In this document: piece after piece, positions 19,242 through 29,050 of the stretch
Position numbering within the stretch: the first letter of the stretch is position 1
Layout of the letters: each line of letters starts with the position of its first letter
Source of the DNA: Kiritimatiellia bacterium
Lineage (GTDB): Bacteria; Verrucomicrobiota; Kiritimatiellia; JAAZAB01
DNA: 64,000 nucleotides
Direction: 5' to 3'
NCBI GenBank assembly: GCA_040767085.1
Contig: JAXGPF010000005.1
Coordinates: 96,001 to 160,000, forward strand
Made by a program: the position numbers and the translations under genes
Notes under the pieces: model-generated
The model's database searches: none
Seen by the model: the letters and a program-made list of their open reading frames with translations, nothing else
Told to the model about the DNA's origin: nothing

Positions 19242-20909
19242 ATGCACACCAATTCAGACCATGCCGATGCGCGCCGCGCGGATATCTTTTTTTGGTTAAC
19301 CGCCGCTTTTTTAATTTTCTGGAATCTCGGCGTACGCGCTTTGTGGGGCGCCGAGGGCCGCTGGGCGGAGGTGGTCCGGGAAATGATCATGACCGGCGAT
19401 TTTTTCCATCCGACTATCGCCGGCCTGCCGTACTTTGACAAGCCGTTGGGCAGTTACTGGCTGATCGCCCTGGCCGCGCCGTTCACCGGGTTAAACGAAT
19501 GGGCCGTGCGCCTGCCCAGCGCATTCTGCGCCCTGGCTGCCCTATGGGCCGTGCGGCAGTTGGGCGCCCAACTCTGGTCGCCGGCGGCCGGCCGGCTGGC
19601 CGGCTGGATTCTGCTTACCGCGCAGGGATTTTTGTTCTGGGCGCGTGTAGGCGCAGCAGACATGGCCAATCTTGCCTGCAGCATCTTAGCCGTAGCCTGG
19701 TACTGGCGGCGCCGGGAGCGCCCGGATTTCCCAGCCTTCCTGGCTTTCTACCTGCTGCTGTTCATCGGCGCCCAGATGAAAGGGCTCACCGCCGTCATTG
19801 TGCCGGCGCTGGCGCTGGCGCCGGACTTGCTGCACGGACAACGCTGGCGGCGCTTCCTGGGGTGGCAGCATTGGCTGGCGCTGGGTATCGGTTTGCTGGT
19901 TTATATTCTGCCATTCCTGTATGCATCCATTTCCAGCGCCGGCTATTCTTCCAGCGGCATCGCTCTGGTCGTGCGGGAAAACATCCAGCGCTTTTTTGAT
20001 CCATTCGACCATATTGAGCCTTTTTATATTTACCTCAAACATATCCCGGTGCTGCTGCTGCCATGGTCGCCGCTGCTGGTTATCGGCCTGGTTTTGACGG
20101 CGCGCCGGCGCGGCCGGGCATGCTACGCCTGGCCGGACTACTGGCTGGCGTGGGCCATGCTCTTGATATTCCTTTTCTTCTCCGCGTCCGGCTCGCGCCG
20201 CAGTTATTACATCCTCCCGATCGTGCCGTTTTGCGCGCTTTTCTGCGCCAACTGGACGCTGGGGCTGGGGCTGGCCGGGCAACGGTGCCTGGCGCAATTC
20301 CACATGGGGCTGTTAGCGCTGGCGACCAGCGCCGGGCTGGCGGCGGCGGTAGTATTACCACTATACTTACAACGGGCCAAGCCAGCCTGGCCGGACGGAA
20401 TGGGTTGGGTAATCGCCTGCGCCGGCGGGCTGCTGGCGCTGGCCTGGCTGCCCCGGCTGGCGCCTCGGGATTTCTGGCGGAAAGCAGCCGGCTTGCCGCC
20501 GGCCGTCATGGCCTGGACCGCCACGGTCGCCATTGGCCTGGGCGGCTATTTTTGCATCATGCAGCCGTTGCTGGAACGATACCGCACGGAAAAAGACTTC
20601 GCCCTGGCAATCAAAGCCACCGGCAGGAATGCCAGCCAGACGGCCTTCTTCGAGGATTACCTCGAAAACGTCGTGTTTTACATGGATATGACTCCGGCCA
20701 ACCACCGGGTGATTGCAGATCCGGCGGCGGTTTACGGCTATCTGCAAGGCGAACCGGGCCGCATGGTTATTTTACGGCGCAAATATCTGCCGCGCCTCCT
20801 GGAGGGCTTTCCGCCCGACCGCCAGGGCCGCGCCGCATTGGAAGAAAAAACCTGGCCCTGGCAAACCGGACGCAAGGCGGGGAAAAAGATGGTGGCCTGG
20901 TCGCTGTAA
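19242..20909 (+). CDS. ArnT/GT83-like aminosugar transferase (GT-C)
   Basis: EGRWAEVVREM, YFDKP, RLPSA, KG, RRSYYILP motifs, many TM helices. Confidence 0.85.
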   Translation: MHTNSDHADARRADIFFWLTAAFLIFWNLGVRALWGAEGRWAEVVREMIMTGDFFHPTIAGLPYFDKPLGSYWLIALAAPFTGLNEWAVRLPSAFCALAALWAVRQLGAQLWSPAAGRLAGWILLTAQGFLFWARVGAADMANLACSILAVAWYWRRRERPDFPAFLAFYLLLFIGAQMKGLTAVIVPALALAPDLLHGQRWRRFLGWQHWLALGIGLLVYILPFLYASISSAGYSSSGIALVVRENIQRFFDPFDHIEPFYIYLKHIPVLLLPWSPLLVIGLVLTARRRGRACYAWPDYWLAWAMLLIFLFFSASGSRRSYYILPIVPFCALFCANWTLGLGLAGQRCLAQFHMGLLALATSAGLAAAVVLPLYLQRAKPAWPDGMGWVIACAGGLLALAWLPRLAPRDFWRKAAGLPPAVMAWTATVAIGLGGYFCIMQPLLERYRTEKDFALAIKATGRNASQTAFFEDYLENVVFYMDMTPANHRVIADPAAVYGYLQGEPGRMVILRRKYLPRLLEGFPPDRQGRAALEEKTWPWQTGRKAGKKMVAWSL

Positions 20910-20924
20910 CTACGGGGCAAGGAT

Positions 20925-21758
20925 TTAAATACTGACCCGGCCCTCGAAAACATACACGGCCGGCCCGGTCAGAGCAACCATGCTGGCGCCGCGCGCGGTC
21001 AGGCGGTAATTCACCGTCAGCCGGTCGCCGTGCGCGCAAATCACCGCCACTGGCGGTTGGACCAGGCGCAGGCGTCCGGCAAGCAGTGCGCAGGCAACCA
21101 TGCCCGTGCCGCAGGCGCCGGTCTCATCCTCCACGCCCCGCTCGTATGTGCGGACACGGAGCGCTTTAGCGGTTCCCGCGCCGCTGACCGCCATGAAGTC
21201 CACATTCGTGCCTTGCGGCGCAAACCGCGGGTGATGGCGAATGGCCGCGCCCAATTTTCTGACATCCGTACGGGCCAAGTCGCTGACCGGCACCACCGCA
21301 TGCGGCACCCCCGTATTGACGCAATGACAGACCAGCGTCTGCCGTCCCACACGCAGCCGGGATCGCAGGCGCCAGCCTGACGGCGGCGGCAGGCCAATGC
21401 GCACCGTGCCATCCGGCAGGCATTCCGCCCGCACCCGGCCGGCGCCGGTAACCAGCGTCAGGCGTTTTCCGGTCAACCCCAGGTCCGCCGCCAGGCGCGC
21501 GGCGCAGCGCGCGCCATTGCCGCACATGGAAGCTTCCTGGCCGTCCGGATTGAAAAACCGCATGCGCAAGACGCCGTTCGGCTCAGACGGCCCGGCGGCC
21601 TGCAACAGGATCAATCCTTCGCTGCCAATCCCGCCGGGCCGGCGGCATAAATTCCGGATGCCGGCGCCGGCGGAGAAAGGGAATTTTCGTTCCAAGTCCG
21701 GCATGACGATAAAGTCATTGCCGGCGCCGTGCATTTTCCAGAATTTGAACACCGCCAT
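20925..21758 (-). CDS. dapF: Diaminopimelate epimerase
   Basis: KMHGAGNDF, MCGNG, NTGVPH, ERGVEDETGACGTG. Confidence 0.95.
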   Translation of the reverse strand: MAVFKFWKMHGAGNDFIVMPDLERKFPFSAGAGIRNLCRRPGGIGSEGLILLQAAGPSEPNGVLRMRFFNPDGQEASMCGNGARCAARLAADLGLTGKRLTLVTGAGRVRAECLPDGTVRIGLPPPSGWRLRSRLRVGRQTLVCHCVNTGVPHAVVPVSDLARTDVRKLGAAIRHHPRFAPQGTNVDFMAVSGAGTAKALRVRTYERGVEDETGACGTGMVACALLAGRLRLVQPPVAVICAHGDRLTVNYRLTARGASMVALTGPAVYVFEGRVSI

Positions 21759-21760
21759 AA

Positions 21761-22045
21761 TTACATTGAGAGAATAGTTTCTTTGGCGATTTTCGCCACG
21801 CGGAATTTAACCACCTTCTTGGCGGGAATATCAATTATTTCCCCCGTGGCCGGATTGCGCCCCTTGCGTGCAAGCCGTTGCGCCAGGACCAATTTGCCCA
21901 ACCCGGGAATGGTGAAACCATCGCGGGCGCCCTGGTAGGCCATGTTAACCAGCGCATCCAAAGCAGCGGCGGCATCTTTCCTGGCAATTCCAGCCGCTTC
22001 GGCCATACCGGCAATAATCTCACTTTTCGAATGTGATTTTGCCAT
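21761..22045 (-). CDS. hup: HU family DNA-binding protein
   Basis: KSEIIA..AE, GLGK, ARKGRNPATGEIIDIPAKKVVKFR; AAAGGAG upstream. Confidence 0.95.
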   Translation of the reverse strand: MAKSHSKSEIIAGMAEAAGIARKDAAAALDALVNMAYQGARDGFTIPGLGKLVLAQRLARKGRNPATGEIIDIPAKKVVKFRVAKIAKETILSM

Positions 22046-22270
22046 ACCTACCTGCTCCTTTGTTGGGACCGGACCGCCCCTTGGACGGCTTGATCCGATT
22101 TTCCCCGGCGGGACGCATGCCGCGCCGGACTGGTATTTGGCCTGCCGGCCAGTTTCGAAACCGGGGCTTCTTCGAAACCTTTGCGCATACGCTGACAAAA
22201 AAAAGCAACAAAAGCAAGCAAGATTTATGCAAGCCGGACTGGCGGTCACGGCATAGCCCGTGGCAGGCTG

Positions 22271-22681
22271 CTAAGGATCCAGGTTTTCCAGGCGCAGGGT
22301 ATCCAGGTTAATCCGGCGGTAATAACAATTACGCGGCTGGCCGGCGCGGTTGCGCGTGTGGCAGATGCCGCCGCGGCGCGGGCGGACGCGGTAGAGCAGC
22401 GAGTTCTGCTCGCAATTGACGAACGCCTCCACCAGGTCGAAAGTCTCGCCGGAGGTCTTGCCTTTTTCCCACAAGGTATTGCGCGAAGTGCTCCAGAGAA
22501 TCAGGCGGCGTTCCCGCAAGGCCAGGCGGAAGGCCTGTTCATTGGTATAAGCCACCAGGATCACCGCCTGCGTATCGGCATCCTGCACCGCGACCGGCAG
22601 CACATCCGGGCTGCTGGCGGCCGCCTTGGCCAACTTCCGAAAATCCAATTGCAGTTCCGCGCCTTCTTCCAACAGGTTCAT
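22271..22681 (-). CDS. hisI: Phosphoribosyl-AMP cyclohydrolase (variant metal motif)
   Basis: PVAVQD, WSTSR..LWEKGKTSG, CHT..C; DCDxD replaced by NCEQN. Confidence 0.8.
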   Translation of the reverse strand: MNLLEEGAELQLDFRKLAKAAASSPDVLPVAVQDADTQAVILVAYTNEQAFRLALRERRLILWSTSRNTLWEKGKTSGETFDLVEAFVNCEQNSLLYRVRPRRGGICHTRNRAGQPRNCYYRRINLDTLRLENLDP

Positions 22682-22690
22682 GGCTCGCTC

Positions 22691-24955
22691 CTATTCCGCC
22701 AGCCCCGGCATCAGCCGGTCCAGTTCTCCCCGGCGGTCCGGATCGACCTTGAGAATTTCCGTGATCAAGGTTTCCACCGGCTTGAAAGCGCCGCTTTCGT
22801 AGCAAAGCAAGGCCGCGGCCAGCATCAGGTCCGCCCGGTCGGTTGCGGCCAGGCTGGGATTTTTGAGATAGAAAATCACGATGTTCAACATCTGCTGGAC
22901 GGCGACCTGTTCCCATTTGATGTTAATCGCCCCGGCCCGTCCCAGCGAAACCGTCAGGCCGGCGGCATCCGCCCCGACAATATCACGCGCGCCGCCGCTG
23001 GTGGTCCATCCCTGGGGATATGGATTTTGCTTGATGAGCGCAATCAAGCGGGTCATTAACTTGTCCAAATACCGGTAAGTATCAACGACGGACTGGCAAT
23101 ACGCCTGCGTTTCCGGCAGCGTCAAGGAGGCCTGCACCTTCTCCATGGCCTGCGCCGCTTCCTGGAATTGGCGTCTGGCCACCAGGCCGGCATTCTCGCC
23201 GCGGGCGGCTTCCACGGTGTCATATTCCTGCTGCAAAATAATAGGCCGGCGTTTCTCGGCTTCGCGCGCGGCTTCCTCGGCCTGCTTTTTGGCTTCCAAT
23301 TCCGCGCGGCGGCGGGCTTCAGCCTCCGCGGCCCGCTGGCGAGCCTGCCGCTCCGCCGCCTGCAGCCGCCCGTGATATTTCCCCATTTCCTGGGCCTGCT
23401 TCTGCGCCGCCTCGGTGGGAATGTCGATCATCTGGTAAATCAACGCCAGCTTATCGGCGATATTTTCCAGTTCGGCCGCGCAGGCTTCGGCTTGATCCGG
23501 AATGCCGGGTCCGGGTTTGACTTGATCCAGGTCCTTGGTTTCAGGCAAATCCTGCTGCCTGATAAAGCCCGTGGCAAACAGGTCTTCCGCCTCGTTGAAA
23601 TTTTCCTGGTAGCGGTCCATTTCCATCACGGCCAGCGTGGCTGAGGGATGGCGGGCCATGATCTTCGGCGCCTGCTCCCAGATTTTCACTTCCAGTTCCG
23701 CCATCTGATCGGCATTGCGCGCAATATGCTGCATTAACACGCCGATACGGTCCCAGGCGGTTTCGCCCTGTTTCACCGCCGCTTCCAGGCGCTGCCGGCC
23801 GGCCTGCGCCTCCGCCAGCCGGGCCTGTTGCTTCTGATGCGCGATCCAGCCGGCCGCGCCGCCCGCCAGGATGACGAGCGCGGCCGCCGCCGCGCCGGCG
23901 ATTTTCACAAACTTGCGGAAATCACGTCGGCCGGGTACCGGCAGCACGGAAGACATGGTTTTTAAAACACCGGACTTGCTGCCCTTATTTTTCTTGAGCG
24001 GAATGCGGGCGGCCTTATGCGCCGCGCGCATATCCAGCAGCAGCGCGGGATAGGACGGATAGCGCATGGAAGGATCCGGCTCCAGCATGCGCGCGACCAG
24101 CGCCACAGTCTCGGGATGAATATCGTCGCGGAAGTCGCGCAGGCTCGGCGCCGGATGGTTCAGACGCGCCAGCACCACGTCCGTCGGCGTAGCGCCGTCG
24201 AACGGCGGCTGGCCGGCCAAGGCGTGAAACAGCGTGGCGCCCAGGCTGTATATATCCGACCGGAAATCCACTTTCTTGCCCCGCGCCTTTTCAGGGGCAA
24301 TGTAATAGGGCGTGCCCCAGATCTGGCCGCCCTGTTGCTGCTGGCCAATGAAACTCGCCAATCCGAAATCCACCACCTTGGCCTCGCCGCCCTGCCCGAA
24401 GAGAATATTAGCCGGCTTGATATCGCTGTGGATCAACCCCACGTCGCTGGCCGCTTTCAGCCCTTCGGTGATTTCGAGATGAATCTCCAGCGCGCGCTCT
24501 TCGGGCATCTGCTTGCCTTCGGCGATCATCTCGTCCAGCCGGCCGCCGGCCACCAGCTCCATCACGATATAAGGCTGGCCCTTGACCTGGCCGAAGGAAT
24601 AAATCTGGACCACGTTCCGGTGGTTCAATGCCGCCGCCGCCTGGGCCTCGTGCTTGAATGACTGGACGAATTCCGTGTCATCGCCCAGCGATTTCTTCAT
24701 GACCTTCAAGGCTACCTGCCGGCCCAGTTCCTTATCCACCGCATGGTAGATCACCCCCATGCCGCCGGAACCCAGCTTGTTGATCAGCAGGAAACCGCCG
24801 AATTTCGCCGGCACGATCTGCCGCGTTCCGCACTCGGGGCAATTGATCTCCGAAAAGGACGGCAAATGGGAGACATCCAGGGTTTTCTGGCAACCGGCGC
24901 AGCTCAGGCGTTCAACCCGATCCGCTTCAATTCCAACGGAGCCTTCCTTGCTCAC
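22691..24955 (-). CDS. Membrane-anchored Ser/Thr protein kinase with N-terminal Zn-ribbon and coiled-coil C-terminus
   Basis: CAGC..CPEC, LGSGGMG, VALK, HSDIKPAN, DFG, GTPYYIAPE, TM segment. Confidence 0.92.
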   Translation of the reverse strand: MSKEGSVGIEADRVERLSCAGCQKTLDVSHLPSFSEINCPECGTRQIVPAKFGGFLLINKLGSGGMGVIYHAVDKELGRQVALKVMKKSLGDDTEFVQSFKHEAQAAAALNHRNVVQIYSFGQVKGQPYIVMELVAGGRLDEMIAEGKQMPEERALEIHLEITEGLKAASDVGLIHSDIKPANILFGQGGEAKVVDFGLASFIGQQQQGGQIWGTPYYIAPEKARGKKVDFRSDIYSLGATLFHALAGQPPFDGATPTDVVLARLNHPAPSLRDFRDDIHPETVALVARMLEPDPSMRYPSYPALLLDMRAAHKAARIPLKKNKGSKSGVLKTMSSVLPVPGRRDFRKFVKIAGAAAAALVILAGGAAGWIAHQKQQARLAEAQAGRQRLEAAVKQGETAWDRIGVLMQHIARNADQMAELEVKIWEQAPKIMARHPSATLAVMEMDRYQENFNEAEDLFATGFIRQQDLPETKDLDQVKPGPGIPDQAEACAAELENIADKLALIYQMIDIPTEAAQKQAQEMGKYHGRLQAAERQARQRAAEAEARRRAELEAKKQAEEAAREAEKRRPIILQQEYDTVEAARGENAGLVARRQFQEAAQAMEKVQASLTLPETQAYCQSVVDTYRYLDKLMTRLIALIKQNPYPQGWTTSGGARDIVGADAAGLTVSLGRAGAINIKWEQVAVQQMLNIVIFYLKNPSLAATDRADLMLAAALLCYESGAFKPVETLITEILKVDPDRRGELDRLMPGLAE

Positions 24956-25171
24956 GATGCACGCCTCATTTCACCCCGGCACGCCAAAATTGCCGCCCGC
25001 CTTTCCGGCTGGAGCAATTTTTAATTTGCATAATTAATGGGCATGATATACTACCCCCCTGGAAATATCAATGCTTGAATTGTGTGTTTTTTTGGAACGA
25101 TCTAAACTCCGCCGGCGCGCTACCGCCATGATGAGTCCAGTCCCGCCATGGACGATGCCGGGCCAATGCTT

Positions 25172-25930
25172 ATGCATCCAATCTGTTTTCACATAGGCTC
25201 CCGTCCGATTTACTGGTACGGCGTCATGATGGCCGCCGCCTTCCTGGCCGCCATCGCGCATTGGGCCTGGCTGGCCCGCCGCGCCGGCCGGCCGCCGGCA
25301 TACGGCTACGACCTGGCTTTCTGGCTGATGCTCGCGGGCATCGTCGGGGCCCGCATCAATTACATCCTGGCCAACCTGGCCGACTTCCGGGGCGCCCCAT
25401 GGACCATGCTGCGGATTGACCAGGGCGGGCTGATTTACTACGGCGGCTTCGTCGGGGCCGCGCTGGCCGCCGTCATTTTCGCCCGCGTCCGCGGCGAGCG
25501 GTTATGGTGGCTGGCCGACTTCGCCATCACTGCCATTCCGCTGGGCCATGTTTTCGGCCGTATCGGCTGCTTCCTCAACGGCTGCTGCTACGGCGCGCCG
25601 GGCGCCGCGCCGTGGTGTTTTCCCTTGGACGGCACGCCGCGGCATCCGGTGCAATTGTACGAGGCCGGATGGAACCTGGCGGTATACCTGGCGCTGACCT
25701 GCCTGTTCCTGCGCCGCCGGGCCGAGGGCGCGGTGTTTGCGCTTTACCTGATGCTTTATCCCGCCGGGCGATTCCTGCTGGAATTCTGGCGGGGCGACCA
25801 GCGCCAGATGTTGCGGGGCCTGACCATCGCCCAATGGTTCAGCCTGGCGTTGATCGCAACCGGCGCGGCGCTGGGCTGGTTCTGCCTGCGGCGCTGGACC
25901 GGCGGCCGGGCCGGCCACGCCCAACCTTAA
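25172..25930 (+). CDS. lgt: Prolipoprotein diacylglyceryl transferase
   Basis: IYWYG, GAR, GGLIYYGG, GRIGCFLNGCCYG, HPVQLYE, RFLLEFWR. Confidence 0.95.
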   Translation: MHPICFHIGSRPIYWYGVMMAAAFLAAIAHWAWLARRAGRPPAYGYDLAFWLMLAGIVGARINYILANLADFRGAPWTMLRIDQGGLIYYGGFVGAALAAVIFARVRGERLWWLADFAITAIPLGHVFGRIGCFLNGCCYGAPGAAPWCFPLDGTPRHPVQLYEAGWNLAVYLALTCLFLRRRAEGAVFALYLMLYPAGRFLLEFWRGDQRQMLRGLTIAQWFSLALIATGAALGWFCLRRWTGGRAGHAQP

Positions 25931-25936
25931 ACAAGA

Positions 25937-26500
25937 ATGCCAATGAATACAGTCAAATTAACGGCGCGCCAACTCCGACGCTGGCTGGCGGTCATGGCAA
26001 TTTTGATGGTCATTGTCCCGGCCGTCATGGTTCCGGTTTCCATCCTTGGTTTGCGTAGCTTGCTGAACGATAAACTGGCCCAACCCGCCGTAACAAAATT
26101 ACAACTGATGGAAACCCCCTACTTCCAGCACCAGGGCATACGCACGGTGGAACAATACGACAATTACTGGAAGGCGGCTTTCGGACAGCGCCCGGCCCTG
26201 CGGGATCATGCCGCTTTTTACACGCCGCTCCTGCTCCTCGCCGTCCTCATGGCCGGCGCCTGGTTTTACAAACGCTGGGCCCTGCTGGGCGGGATGGCGT
26301 TTGCCGGCTTCCGCATCCTGTGGCATACGGCATTGGCCTTGCTGACCGGCTCCCGCACCGGCCTGCCAGTTGCCAGTATAATAGTGATCGTGCTTTACGG
26401 ATACCTGTTCTGCCTGCTGTTGCAGATGCTGGATGCCATATACCCCTTGCCGTTCCGGCGCAAGCAATTTTGCCCGCTGCCGGAACAGCCGGCCGAGTGA
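25937..26500 (+). CDS. Hypothetical membrane protein (about 4 TM)
   Basis: Hydrophobic segments; fills the gap between lgt and rluD. Confidence 0.65.
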   Translation: MPMNTVKLTARQLRRWLAVMAILMVIVPAVMVPVSILGLRSLLNDKLAQPAVTKLQLMETPYFQHQGIRTVEQYDNYWKAAFGQRPALRDHAAFYTPLLLLAVLMAGAWFYKRWALLGGMAFAGFRILWHTALALLTGSRTGLPVASIIVIVLYGYLFCLLLQMLDAIYPLPFRRKQFCPLPEQPAE

Positions 26501-26619
26501 AACACGCGCGGCCATGGGAGACATCGCGGCGGCCGGCTGAGCCGGGTTTAAGCCCCGGAAAAGGCGGACGCGCTGGATGCGTCCTGTCCATTGACAAATC
26601 ATTCCCGCAGGTCTTGCAT

Positions 26620-27588
26620 ATGTCCGGACCATTGTATGCCCGCCCCGCCGGCTTGGATGGCGGCAAGGAATTGCACTTCACCGCCGGTGAAGAAGCGGTG
26701 GAACGCCTCGATGTCTGGCTGGCGGCGCGGCTGCCCGGCCTGTCGCGCGCGCGCATCCAGGCGCTGATCCGCGCCGGCAATATTACCGTCGAAGGCGGGG
26801 CGGCGCGCGAGCACCGCCGATTGAAAGCCGGCCAATGCGTCCGGGTCGTCATCCCGCCGCCGCAGCCGGCCAAACCCGCCGCACAGAATATCCCGCTGGA
26901 CATCGTTTACCAGGACGCCGATATCATCGTCATCAACAAACCCGCCGGCATGGTGGTGCATCCGGCGCCCGGTCATGCCGCCGGCACCCTGGTCAACGCC
27001 TTGTTGCACCATTGCCCCGACCTCGCCGGCATTGGCGGTGAATTGCGCCCGGGGATTGTCCATCGTCTCGACCGCGATACGAGCGGACTCCTGGTGGCCG
27101 CCAAGCATGAAGCCGCCCTGCGCGGGCTGGCCGATCAATTCAAAAAACGGCAGGTCCGCAAGGAATACCTGGCGTTGGTAAGGGGCGTTCCGCCGCGGGA
27201 AGGTTCCATCAACGCCGCCATCGGCCGGCATCCTGTACAGCGTAAAAAAATGGCTCTGTCCGAACGCGGCCGTACCGCGCTGACCTCCTTCCGTTGCCTG
27301 GCGGTTTACCCCCAGGCCGCGCTGGTCAGGCTGCGCATCCATACCGGCCGCACCCATCAGATTCGCGTGCATATGGCGCACCTGGGCCACCCCGTGCTGG
27401 GCGATGAGGTTTACGGCCGCCAACGGGCCGGCCAGCCGGCCGCGCCGCGCCAGATGCTCCACGCGGCGCGGTTGGAATTCCGGCATCCGGCCGACGGCCG
27501 GCCCCTGGCATTTTCCGCGCCCCTGCCCGCCGACATGCTTGCGGCAATCCAGCGCCTCAAACAAGGAGCCTTGCATGCTGCCAAGTAA
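26620..27588 (+). CDS. rluD: RluA/RluD family pseudouridine synthase (start uncertain)
   Basis: S4 domain RLDVWL..SRARIQ, NKPAGMVVHP, VHRLDRDTSG, TGRTHQIRVH. Confidence 0.92.
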   Translation: MSGPLYARPAGLDGGKELHFTAGEEAVERLDVWLAARLPGLSRARIQALIRAGNITVEGGAAREHRRLKAGQCVRVVIPPPQPAKPAAQNIPLDIVYQDADIIVINKPAGMVVHPAPGHAAGTLVNALLHHCPDLAGIGGELRPGIVHRLDRDTSGLLVAAKHEAALRGLADQFKKRQVRKEYLALVRGVPPREGSINAAIGRHPVQRKKMALSERGRTALTSFRCLAVYPQAALVRLRIHTGRTHQIRVHMAHLGHPVLGDEVYGRQRAGQPAAPRQMLHAARLEFRHPADGRPLAFSAPLPADMLAAIQRLKQGALHAAK

Positions 27589-29041
27589 AATCAAAACCGC
27601 GCTCCTTTCGCACAACCTCTGCCGGACTGGCGCGCACATCCTGGCCGCCGTCTCCGGCGGCGCGGATTCCATCGCCATGCTGCACCTGTTGCATGCACTG
27701 GCGCCGGAGCTGCGCCTGCGCCTGACCGTCGCCCACCTCCACCATGGGCTCCGGGGCGCGGAGGCCGATGCCGACGCCGCTTTTGTCAGCACCGCCGCCC
27801 AGCGCCTGGGGTATCCCTGCGTTTCCGCACGCGCCGATATCCGGCGGCAGGCCCAACGCCGGCGTGTATCCCTGGAAATGGCCGGACGGACCGCCCGCTA
27901 CGATTTTCTCGCGAAAACCGCCCGCCGCCTGCATTGCGACGCCGTGGCCACCGCCCATACCGCCGACGACCATGTGGAAACCATGCTGCTGAAACTGGCC
28001 CGGGGCGCCGGACCGCAAGGCTTGTGCGGGATCAGCCGCCTGGCGGAGCATCGGGGCGTCAGCATCATCCGTCCCCTCCGCGACACCTGGCGGCGCGAGT
28101 TGCTGGCCTACCTCCGCCGCCGGGGCCTGAACTGGCGCGAAGACGCCAGCAATGCCGACCAGGCCTTTTTGCGCAACCGTGTGCGCCACGCGGTGCTGCC
28201 CATGCTGGCCCGGCAGTTAAACCCGCGCTTGCGCCAGGCGCTCTGGCGGACCGGCGCGATCATGGAACAGGAAAACGACTGGCTGAACGAATTGGTCCGG
28301 CCGATTTACAGTCAATGCCACATACCGGGATGCCCGCCCCTCCTGAACTGCGAACTACTGCAAGCCTATCCTCTGGCGGCCCGTCGCCGCGCCCTGCGCT
28401 TGTGGCTCGCTGAGGCGGGGCTGCCGCCCGAAGCCCTCAATTTCGAGGCCGTGCATCGCCTGGAAACGTTGCTGGCGCCCGGCCGCAGCGGCCGCGGGAT
28501 TCACCTGCCCGGCGGCTATGCCGTCCGCCGTGAATACGCCTTGCTCCGCATCAACCAGCCGGCGGTCACGCGCCAGGCCGCGGCCCGCCGGACGGGACGG
28601 GTCACCACCGGTTCGCCCTCCAGGCCGGCCAAGGCCGACAGCGGCTTTGAGGTGGCATTAAAAATTCCCGGCCAGACGGCATCGTCCGATCGAACCTGGC
28701 AGATCGTCTGCACGCTGGAACCCAAACCGGCGGCGCTTGCAGGCGCGCCCGATTACGCCCTGCTATCGGCCGCACACTGGCGGCGCCGGCGGATTACCGC
28801 CCGGAACTGGCGGCCGGGCGACCGCATGCAGCCATTCGGCATGCGCGGCACGCGTAAAATCCAGGACATTTTCAGCGACCTGAAAGTGCCGGCCAGCCGG
28901 CGGCGGCAACTGCCGCTCCTGGAATGCGGCGGTGAAATCATCTGGGTGCCGGGGTACCGCATTGCCAGCGACTGGGCGGTCCGCCCCTCCGACCGGCGGG
29001 TATTGCGGATTCAATTCATGACGGCGGCAAGAGCATTATGA
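27575..29041 (+). CDS. tilS: tRNA(Ile)-lysidine synthetase
   Basis: AVSGGADS, HHGLR, TAHTADD, IRPL, EDASN, RNRVR, TilS_C region. Confidence 0.95.
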   Translation: MLPSKIKTALLSHNLCRTGAHILAAVSGGADSIAMLHLLHALAPELRLRLTVAHLHHGLRGAEADADAAFVSTAAQRLGYPCVSARADIRRQAQRRRVSLEMAGRTARYDFLAKTARRLHCDAVATAHTADDHVETMLLKLARGAGPQGLCGISRLAEHRGVSIIRPLRDTWRRELLAYLRRRGLNWREDASNADQAFLRNRVRHAVLPMLARQLNPRLRQALWRTGAIMEQENDWLNELVRPIYSQCHIPGCPPLLNCELLQAYPLAARRRALRLWLAEAGLPPEALNFEAVHRLETLLAPGRSGRGIHLPGGYAVRREYALLRINQPAVTRQAAARRTGRVTTGSPSRPAKADSGFEVALKIPGQTASSDRTWQIVCTLEPKPAALAGAPDYALLSAAHWRRRRITARNWRPGDRMQPFGMRGTRKIQDIFSDLKVPASRRRQLPLLECGGEIIWVPGYRIASDWAVRPSDRRVLRIQFMTAARAL

Positions 29042-29050
29042 ACAGACCGG

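Noticed and set aside
22046-22230. Structured RNA (SRP, 6S or riboswitch) upstream of HU
   Set aside because: Hairpins such as gtttcgaa..ttcgaaac are possible, but I recognised no diagnostic motif; a covariance search would be needed
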